Source: Aulosira sp. ZfuVER01 (GTDB lineage: Bacteria; Cyanobacteriota; Cyanobacteriia; Cyanobacteriales; Nostocaceae). Taken from it: a stretch of DNA of 64,000 nt. The translations under genes and the position numbers were made by a program. Location of the stretch: positions 115,792-179,791 of the forward strand of contig JAVRCV020000036.1 of NCBI GenBank assembly GCA_034530615.2, written 5' to 3'. Position 1 is the stretch's first letter. Each line of letters opens with the position of its first letter. Below, piece after piece: positions 55,804-64,000 of this stretch. The notes under the pieces are model-generated. The model was given only the letters and a program-made list of their open reading frames with translations. It was not told the origin of the DNA and searched no databases.

Positions 55804-57093
55804 TTAGGCTGTTATTTCTTGGTTTTTCAGGGTGTTTGAGGCTTTTGCTGCAACCAGCCAATCACTATCTTGTGCTACTTGTTCGTGTCCACTGGTATCG
55901 CCAAATTTTTCCAGTGCCATCAACGCTGCATACTTCAGATCCCAGATTTTGGTTTCTAGACAGGCTTTCAGTTCGGGAATAGCTTTTGGATCGCCAAGTT
56001 CACCGAGAGCGATCGCAGCAGCAGCCCGTGATTTTTGAAACTGTGGTTGTTTGTTATGCAAGGCTTCAACTAGTAAATCGTAGGCTGGGGAATGTTTCAA
56101 CCAACCGAATAGTTTCATGACATGGAAGTGGGCACCATAATCATTATTTGCTTCTTCGGCGTAAGTCGCAAACAGAGCCTCAGGAGCAACATCGGCATGA
56201 TACTCAAGAATGGTTTTAGCTGCTAAATAGCAACGTCCAAAGTCTGTTTCGTACAACCCCCGGATCAGAATTGGCATAGCAGGGGGGCTTGGGTAACTAT
56301 GCACCAAACCCAGATCCTTCGGGTGGTCGTATAATGTTTGCTCTAAATAAGGTTGAATCTTTTCAAAAGTGATTGCTCCCGCAGAGATTCCGGTTTCTGC
56401 CAACGTCCGAATTCCTCGCAGCCGAAACACCAACGATACTGGACAGCGGGCAATATGAGGAATTGCGTCATAATACTGAGCATCCATCAAATCTTGGATA
56501 CACAACCGTCGCCCTAAAACATTCGGATGTTGCAAGATTGCCACTACTTTCCCCATCTGGGAATAGTCCCCAGTTAAACGGCAGACTGCGGCAATGGCAG
56601 CACTTGCTGTGGGTGGATCGGCATCGTTTACAAATTTGCGAATGCGTTCTAGAGCAGGTTGATAATTAAACTTAGTTAATGTATGGATAATCACCCGATA
56701 GGTTTGCCCTGGCTTGTCCAGCAATTGAGCAACATCTTCTAAGATATCGGGGTCTTGAGCACCGATTTCACCAATCGCCCAAACGGCATTTTCCACGGTG
56801 TAGCAGTCTTCATCAAAAAGACAGGTGCGGATCGTTGGTATAGCAGCCTCGGCTTGCAGTCGCCCCAAAGTCTCTACTGACTTGCGGCGGACAATGCGGT
56901 TATCCAAGGAGGGGTCAGTTTGCTGCACAGCCCGCATCAGTGCTTCGATCGATCGCTCTGTGGGGAAGTTGACTAAATGAGAAGCGGCAATATAACGTGA
57001 ATCATCTTCGCTCAATTGGTCTTGGGGCGTATCCAAAAGAGCGATCGCCTGGTCTTCTGTGAGATTAAAGAAATTAAAAAAGCGTTTATCCAT
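55804..57093 (-). CDS. cpeY: Phycoerythrobilin lyase CpeY
   Basis: Start at MDKRFF (ATG 57093, 429 aa); HEAT repeats, RRKSVETLGRL, NDYGAHFHV; downstream of cpeBA. Confidence 0.9.
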   Translation of the reverse strand: MDKRFFNFFNLTEDQAIALLDTPQDQLSEDDSRYIAASHLVNFPTERSIEALMRAVQQTDPSLDNRIVRRKSVETLGRLQAEAAIPTIRTCLFDEDCYTVENAVWAIGEIGAQDPDILEDVAQLLDKPGQTYRVIIHTLTKFNYQPALERIRKFVNDADPPTASAAIAAVCRLTGDYSQMGKVVAILQHPNVLGRRLCIQDLMDAQYYDAIPHIARCPVSLVFRLRGIRTLAETGISAGAITFEKIQPYLEQTLYDHPKDLGLVHSYPSPPAMPILIRGLYETDFGRCYLAAKTILEYHADVAPEALFATYAEEANNDYGAHFHVMKLFGWLKHSPAYDLLVEALHNKQPQFQKSRAAAAIALGELGDPKAIPELKACLETKIWDLKYAALMALEKFGDTSGHEQVAQDSDWLVAAKASNTLKNQEITA

Positions 57094-57121
57094 ATATATA
57101 TAGATGTTAGCTGATTTGAAA

Positions 57122-57375
57122 ATGGGCATTGGGCATTGGGCATGGGGCATTGGGCAAAAATTAGGCTTAAAGGTGCAATTTTCGACATCAAAGCTGCAAC
57201 GTTCAGGTTTCAAGCTGCAATTTCCGACATTAAAGCCGCAACTTTTAAGTTTCAAGCTGCAACGTTCAGCTTCCAAGCTACAACTGACCTGTTCAAAATC
57301 CCAACCTCCGCGCTCAAAACTTTAATCCTTCCATCCCTAATTCCATACCCCATGCTCAATGCCCCATGCCCCATG
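57122..57375. repeat. Seven degenerate 21-bp tandem repeats (57170-57316) bracketed by oppositely oriented STRR heptamers
   Basis: AAGCTGCAA-like motif recurs with a 21-bp period; GGGCATT units on the left and (A)ATGCCCC units on the right. Confidence 0.8.
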
Positions 57376-57499
57376 ACAAAACAAACCCAGAGATTCTTTG
57401 CCATTACTCAACCTTCACAGGCAAAGCAAAGAGCCAAGAACCTCCAGGTTTGTAGGGTCACAATTACCCTTGTCACCAATTCACAAGTCTGGCAATTAA

Positions 57500-57997
<498 letters not shown>

Positions 57998-58073
57998 TTA
58001 AATCTCCCAAAAGGCTTTTAATTTAAACTGTGTTAGATGTCAATCTGTTGAGTTAATTGCGAATCGCAATTAA

Positions 58074-58712
<639 letters not shown>

Positions 58713-58742
58713 CTACCTCAGTCTCAGTTATGAGAAACTAAG

Positions 58743-58758
58743 TAACAATCCTTAACAT
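58743..58758 (-). promoter_or_regulatory. Hexamer direct repeat in the cpeBA promoter (PepB-box-like)
   Basis: The minus strand reads ATGTTA-AGGA-TTGTTA, like the TTGTTA-N4-TTGTTA repeat I recall for Fremyella cpeBA. Confidence 0.55.
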
Positions 58759-59984
58759 TCCCAAAATAATCCCCAGCCAGGGCTGCTCTGACTGGGGATT
58801 TAGCGATTGAAGATGAGAAGATGCGGAGATAAGAGGAGTAGAAAAGACAAGAAAGCTAGGGACTTGCAAGTAAAAAATATCCCATCGTGTTTAGGGCTTG
58901 TCATTACCCAGATCTTTAAAAATCTCCTGCTTCGTTGTCGTCTTGCCTTGGAATTGATTCCAAGGCTAAGAGCTACTGTCTACCGAAGTAGACTTTAGAT
59001 GCATATTTCAGTCCACTTGAGTGGACTTAGGCTATTAGCCCGAAACTTCATCTTTGGGCGGGATGTTAGTAAGTACGATATTTTGAGTGTCAAGTTACGT
59101 AATTCACTTGTCCTAATGCTGCTGCTTCGGTGTGAGCGATCGCTTTTGGTTTAGTCAAAGTTGACACCAGCAGATTGCAGGATTTTTCGCCTGACCGTTC
59201 TTGTGCCAGATGATTTCAGCTTCAACAGAATAAACCCCTGTTAACAATGGGGAATTGGAGCAGTTTATTCCCCTCTTAATAAGTAGGAATTTGATACAGC
59301 CTAATACACCACAAACATACTTTTAAGAAACAACAGATTTTTTATTACAAATTGTAAACTTTTTCGGAAAAAATGTAATCATGATTTCTTTTTTATCTGT
59401 TGTTTTTGTGTTTGTAAACACAATTTTTATCATCAAATATTGTTCTCTCATAAAAGATTGAACATTGAATGATATTTTTATATTGCAAAATCAAATTATC
59501 TTTATTTGTATTTTTTGTATAAAAAATACATTGTTTCTGCCTATAACCCCTATTTTAACAGGGTTTCTGGGTTTTTATTTATAAGGTGAAGCCGGATTAA
59601 TCAAGCAATATATCTGCTTAAAAAGATTTCATTTATCATAAAAAATAATGATTATACATATTAGAATAATCCCTAAATATTTCTTAACAAAAAAGAGATG
59701 CCAAGCATTATAAAAATAATTTGTAAGGGTTTAAAGTAAAACAAAGTAAATGAAGACTCTAATTTATTGAGCGTTCATTACTTGCATGAATGGTTGAAAT
59801 ACTTTCATAAGAAAAGGAAAGTAATATCAGTCTTTCTACTAAGATTTCTGTCATATAAAATCGAAATTCGACTTTTTGAGACATGATTATCTGTGTGATA
59901 AAAACTGAAAGCTCAATTATTCAATTACTAACTCAAACCCTCATCAATAATTCTGAATTAATCAAAATTTAGGAGATTTCAACT

Positions 59985-60506
59985 ATGGTGCAGGATGCTT
60001 TTTCTAAGGTTGTTTCCCAAGCTGACGCAAGAGGAGAATACCTCAGTGATGGTCAGTTAGATGCTCTCATCAATTTAGTCAAAGAAGGTAACAAGCGCGT
60101 TGACGTTGTTAACCGGATTTCTAGCAATGCGTCTTCCATTGTTGCTAATGCGGCTCGTTCATTGTTCGCTGAACAACCTCAACTAATTGCGCCTGGTGGA
60201 AATGCTTACACAAACCGTCGTGCTGCGGCTTGTGTGCGAGATTTAGAAATTATCCTTCGCTATGTTACCTATGCGATTTTTGCGGGAGATACTAGCGTTC
60301 TAGACGATCGCGCTCTGAATGGATTGCGGGAAACCTATTTGGCGCTGGGTACTCCTGGCGCTTCCGTTGCAGTTGGTATTCAAAAGCTAAAAGAAGCTTC
60401 AATCGCCATTGCTAATGACCCCAACGGTATTACTCGTGGTGATTGCAGCAATCTAATTGCAGAAGTCTCATCTTATTTCGATCGCGCAGCAGCAGCAGTT
60501 GCCTAA
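59985..60506 (+). CDS. cpcB3: Phycocyanin-3 beta subunit (sulfur-depleted)
   Basis: CpcB sequence with RRAAAC, RDLEII and DDRALNG; only two Cys (bilin sites) and no internal Met. Confidence 0.93.
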   Translation: MVQDAFSKVVSQADARGEYLSDGQLDALINLVKEGNKRVDVVNRISSNASSIVANAARSLFAEQPQLIAPGGNAYTNRRAAACVRDLEIILRYVTYAIFAGDTSVLDDRALNGLRETYLALGTPGASVAVGIQKLKEASIAIANDPNGITRGDCSNLIAEVSSYFDRAAAAVA

Positions 60507-60526
60507 ACTATCACAAGGCATTCTCT

Positions 60527-60584
60527 TAGACCTCTTGCAGAGAATCAAAATTGAGTTAAAAAATCAATTTTTGCAAGAAGTCTA
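60527..60584. repeat. Inverted-repeat element in the cpcB3-cpcA3 spacer
   Basis: TAGACCTCTTGCA ... TGCAAGAAGTCTA. Confidence 0.6.
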
Positions 60585-60626
60585 TGCAACCAATTTTTTG
60601 TAAAAGCAATTAGGAGAAATTCTTCA

Positions 60627-61118
60627 ATGACTAAAACACCCTTAACCGAAGCAGTTGTAGCTGCCGATTCCCAAGGTCGTTTCTTGAGCAGTACCGAACT
60701 CCAAGTTGCATTTGGTCGTTTCCGTCAAGCATCTGTCAGCTTAGAAGCAGCAAAAACACTCTCTAAAAAAGCACCTAGCCTTGCGGAAGCTGCTGCTAAT
60801 GCGGTGTACCAAAAGTTCCCCTACACCACCTCCACTCAAGGCCCTAACTACGCCTCTACTCAAACTGGCAGAGACAAGTGCGTCCGTGATATCGGCTATT
60901 ATCTACGGATTGTTACTTATGGGTTAGTTGTGGGTGGTACAGGCCCAATCGATGATTATTTGATTGGTGGTTTGGCTGAAATCAACCGTACCTTTGAACT
61001 ATCTCCAAGCTGGTACATTGAAGCTCTCAAATATATCAAAGCCAATCATGGTTTAAGTGGCGATCCTGCTGTTGAAGCTAACTCCTACATTGATTATGTA
61101 ATCAATGCTCTGAGCTAG
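60627..61118 (+). CDS. cpcA3: Phycocyanin-3 alpha subunit (sulfur-depleted)
   Basis: [27 protein letters not shown]; single Cys and no internal Met. Confidence 0.93.
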   Translation: MTKTPLTEAVVAADSQGRFLSSTELQVAFGRFRQASVSLEAAKTLSKKAPSLAEAAANAVYQKFPYTTSTQGPNYASTQTGRDKCVRDIGYYLRIVTYGLVVGGTGPIDDYLIGGLAEINRTFELSPSWYIEALKYIKANHGLSGDPAVEANSYIDYVINALS

Positions 61119-61620
61119 TACAGCCCGGTGTAAATACAACTCGTAGCTATGAGTTCTCACAAGCTTTTCAGTTTTGTGTAACACGGGTAAAAATAATTTG
61201 GTAATTGTGTAATCCCCATGAATAGTATTACCAGATAATTTTTGGCAATCTGTAATCCTGTTTCACAATAACTGAATCTAAAGTTTGCAGCCGTCAAAAG
61301 TTGCAAAATTGCAAAAGCGTCAAGCATTTGTGTAGTAAGCTGGGAAGTTTTAAACACTGACTTGAATATGTGTTAACAGTCATTTTAACTGACTCAAATA
61401 CTTGTGCTGTCTGTGTATATAACTTCTCATCTTATTACGCAAGGCTTTTCTTAATAATGAAAATGATTTATTAACAGGTTCGCATTCAAGACTTTAGTCG
61501 TGGATTTTGAAGTAATAAAGTGCTTAATACGAATTTGACCGTTTTTTAGCTGTAAATTAAGAAATTCTTACGTTGGTTTGATGTTGGCAGATGTGTAGAA
61601 AATAAGGAACAGATAATATT

Positions 61621-62436
61621 ATGGCACCGTTAACAGAAGCAAGCCGATTGGGAATTCGTCCGTTTGCAGAAAGTGCAAAAGTTGAATTGCGCTTTGTGAA
61701 AACGGCAGAAGATGTACAGTCAGCGATCTGGGCTGCATATCGCCAGGTTTTGGGCAATGAGCATCTGTTTCAAAGTGAAAGACTATCTAGTGCCGAATCT
61801 CTCTTGCAACAAGCACAGATTACAGTGCGGGATTTTGTGCGAGCGATCGCGCAATCGGAACTGTATCGGCAAAAGTTCTTCTATTCCAACTCACAAGTTC
61901 GCTTTATTGAACTGAATTATAAGCATCTATTGGGTCGTGCCCCCTACGATGAATCAGAAATTGCTTACCACGTTGATATCTATAATTCTCAAGGTTACGA
62001 AGCCGAGATAGATTCTTACATTAATTCTCTTGAATATCAGCAAAACTTTGGGGATGCCATAGTTCCTTACTATCGGGGCTTCCAAACTACAGTCGGACAA
62101 AAAACCGCTGGGTTTCCTCGTTTCTTTCAGTTGTACCGAGGCTATGCCAATAGCGATCGCGCCCAAAATAAGTCCAAAGGACAATTAACCTGGGATCTAG
62201 CAAAGAACTTGGTATCCCCCATCTATCCTGCTGACGCTGGCTCCTTAACCGGTGTTTCAACAGGGAATCGTGGTGGTAATACTTATCGGATTCGCGTCAC
62301 ACAAGCGGCTTCCCCAAACTCTCCGCGCATTCGTCAAAGCATTACCGAAGTAGTTGTGCCATTCGATCAGTTATCGAATCGCTTACAACAACTTAATCGT
62401 CAAGGACGCAAGGTAATCAGCGTTGCTCTTTCTTGA
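61621..62436 (+). CDS. cpcH3: Phycocyanin-3 rod linker CpcH3
   Basis: [21 protein letters not shown]-terminal CpcD-like domain; no Cys or internal Met. Confidence 0.85.
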   Translation: MAPLTEASRLGIRPFAESAKVELRFVKTAEDVQSAIWAAYRQVLGNEHLFQSERLSSAESLLQQAQITVRDFVRAIAQSELYRQKFFYSNSQVRFIELNYKHLLGRAPYDESEIAYHVDIYNSQGYEAEIDSYINSLEYQQNFGDAIVPYYRGFQTTVGQKTAGFPRFFQLYRGYANSDRAQNKSKGQLTWDLAKNLVSPIYPADAGSLTGVSTGNRGGNTYRIRVTQAASPNSPRIRQSITEVVVPFDQLSNRLQQLNRQGRKVISVALS

Positions 62437-62572
62437 AGAAGGCAGAACACAGAAGGCAGAAGCTTCCTTTCTTCTGCCCTCTGCCATGCCAGTTGCTTCA
62501 ACGGGGGGAACCCCCGCAACGCACTGGCTCCTCTGCCATCTGCCTTTTTTTGTTCATCCAGGAGACTTTTAG

Positions 62573-63439
62573 ATGGCTATAACAACAGCCGCATCCAGAC
62601 TCGGAACCTCTGCGTTTAGTAACGCTGCTCCCATTGAATTACGTTCCAATGCTAGTCAAGCAGAAATTGCCCAGGTGATTGCTGCTATTTATCGCCAGGT
62701 TCTAGGTAACGATTATTTACTGCAATCTGAACGTTTGAAGGGTTTGGAATCACTCTTGAGCAATAGGAATATTACAGTACAAGAATTTGTTAGGCAGTTA
62801 GCAAAATCAGATCTGTACAAATCAAAGTTTTTTTCTAATAACTTTCATAGCCGTGTCACAGAACTAAATTTTAAACATCTGCTCGGTCGCGCTCCCTATG
62901 ATGAATCTGAGATAGTCTATCATCTGGATTTATATCAAACCAAAGGTTACAACGCTGATATTGATTCTTACATAGATTCAACCGAGTACCAAACCAATTT
63001 TGGGGAAAATATTGTGCCCTATTATCGGGGATTCAGCAATCAGCTAGGACAGAAAACTGTAGGCTTTACCCGAATTTTTCAACTATATCGCGGTTATGCA
63101 ACGAGCGATCGCTCTCAAATTCCCGGCAATTCTTCTCGTTTAGCTGGTGAATTGGCAAAAAATAGCGCATCAACGGTTATTGCTCCTGCGGGTAGTAACA
63201 ATGGCTTTGCTTATCGTTCTTCTGCCAGAGGACAAACCCCCAGCACCAAGTTTCAAGGCTCGCAAGCTTTTGGTAAAGGCAGACTTTATCGCGTTGAAGT
63301 TGCCAGTATTTCTCAACCTGGTTATCCCAAGGTTCGCCGCATCAACAAGGCAGTGATTATCCCATACGAAGAGCTATCCAATTATTTTCAACAAGTTCAA
63401 CGTCGCAATGGCAAAATTGCCAGCGTTACTCCACTTTAG
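62573..63439 (+). CDS. cpcI3: Phycocyanin-3 rod linker CpcI3 (CpcC family)
   Basis: [29 protein letters not shown]; no Cys or internal Met. Confidence 0.85.
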   Translation: MAITTAASRLGTSAFSNAAPIELRSNASQAEIAQVIAAIYRQVLGNDYLLQSERLKGLESLLSNRNITVQEFVRQLAKSDLYKSKFFSNNFHSRVTELNFKHLLGRAPYDESEIVYHLDLYQTKGYNADIDSYIDSTEYQTNFGENIVPYYRGFSNQLGQKTVGFTRIFQLYRGYATSDRSQIPGNSSRLAGELAKNSASTVIAPAGSNNGFAYRSSARGQTPSTKFQGSQAFGKGRLYRVEVASISQPGYPKVRRINKAVIIPYEELSNYFQQVQRRNGKIASVTPL

Positions 63440-63442
63440 AAG

Positions 63443-63608
63443 CTACGGTGTACACAGATCTCGGTGCTAGATGCAAAATGTGCTTAGATCCCCCTAAATC
63501 CCCCTTAAAAAAGGGGACTTTAAGAGGTTTTTGCCCCCCTTTTTAAGGGGGGTTGGGGGGATCAAAAGCCTGTGGAGCAACTCCAAAAGACTTGTGTGTA
63601 CACCGTAG
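63443..63608. mobile_element. MITE (166 bp, 14-bp perfect TIR, 10-bp TSD)
   Basis: CTACGGTGTACACA / TGTGTACACCGTAG; ACTTTAGAAG duplicated at 63433-63442 and 63609-63618; internal CCCCCTTAAAAAAGGGG palindromes. Confidence 0.9.
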
Positions 63609-63677
63609 ACTTTAGAAGAGGGACAAGGGGAATTGAGTGATGCCCCATGCCCAATGACAAATTAGTAGGATATCAAA

Positions 63678-63890
63678 ATGGTTTATCAAAGTCGGAGTTT
63701 TCAGGTTGAAGTGTCGGGTTTGCAACAAAATGAGGTCACAAATCGAAACAACTACCCGATTCGCTCCAGCGCTACTTTGTTGATTACAGTTCCTTTTAAC
63801 CGTTTTAATGAAGAACTCCAACGAATTAATCGCTTGGGTGGCAAGATTGTCAATATCCAACCGCTAACGCTGAACATTGATGAAAATTAG
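63678..63890 (+). CDS. cpcD3: Phycocyanin-3 rod-capping linker CpcD3
   Basis: VPFNRFNEELQRINRLGGKIVNIQPL; the Met positions seen in the other CpcD of this window are Phe and Leu here. Confidence 0.87.
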   Translation: MVYQSRSFQVEVSGLQQNEVTNRNNYPIRSSATLLITVPFNRFNEELQRINRLGGKIVNIQPLTLNIDEN

Positions 63891-64000
63891 TGGTTTGTCT
63901 CATTAATTAAGTTGAAACAGAAATAAACCCGACACTGTACCTTGAAAACTGTGCGTTCGCTGATTTTTAACTAGTAATCAGGAATTAAGTCTTGCAGAGT

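Noticed and set aside
57094..57276. Extended N-terminus of CpeY (490-aa ORF call)
   Set aside because: The extension is translated repeat DNA; the CpeY-like sequence begins at MDKRFF (57093).
57170..57316. 21-bp periodic repeats as a CRISPR array
   Set aside because: The units are contiguous and degenerate with no unique spacers, and there are no cas genes in the window.
61300..61318. TTGCAAAATTGCAAAA as an RcaC L-box
   Set aside because: The half-site sequence and spacing differ from TTGCACA-N4-TTGCACA, and it lies inside the operon.
59985..63890. Red-light-inducible cpc2 operon
   Set aside because: Systematic Met/Cys loss and the absence of an L-box indicate cpc3 instead.

Overview
This is a chromosomal window from a filamentous cyanobacterium, most likely Nostocales, judged from frequent HIP1 (GCGATCGC) sites, heptamer STRR repeats and phycoerythrin genes. 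The left end carries a chromatic-acclimation locus: a CcaR-like regulator, a G-box, and cpcL-cpcD-cpcG. The right end carries a phycobilisome/photoprotection cluster (cpeF, frp, ocp, cpcM, cpeZ, cpeY, cpeBA) that is divergent from a Met/Cys-depleted phycocyanin-3 operon (cpcB3A3H3I3D3). Between them, housekeeping genes (murE, cysH, plqA, ppx) and an IflA-like multi-GAF photoreceptor alternate with accessory modules. The best candidates for undescribed systems are: (1) a three-gene cluster encoding a dynamin-like GTPase, a large divergent Hsp70 and a GrpE-like protein (25.4-32.4 kb); (2) a three-gene operon with two tandem-YbjQ-domain proteins, one membrane anchored (5.5-8.0 kb); (3) an island of EVE, ABC-F, IPK/FomA-like kinase, ATP-grasp, RNA ligase and NACHT-HEAT genes (36-46 kb). 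I also found two small ORFs missed by the ORF track, several MITEs with clear target-site duplications, decayed toxin-antitoxin modules and a direct-repeat-flanked cargo gene. No rRNA, tRNA or CRISPR array was seen. All family assignments come from motif recognition, without database searches.
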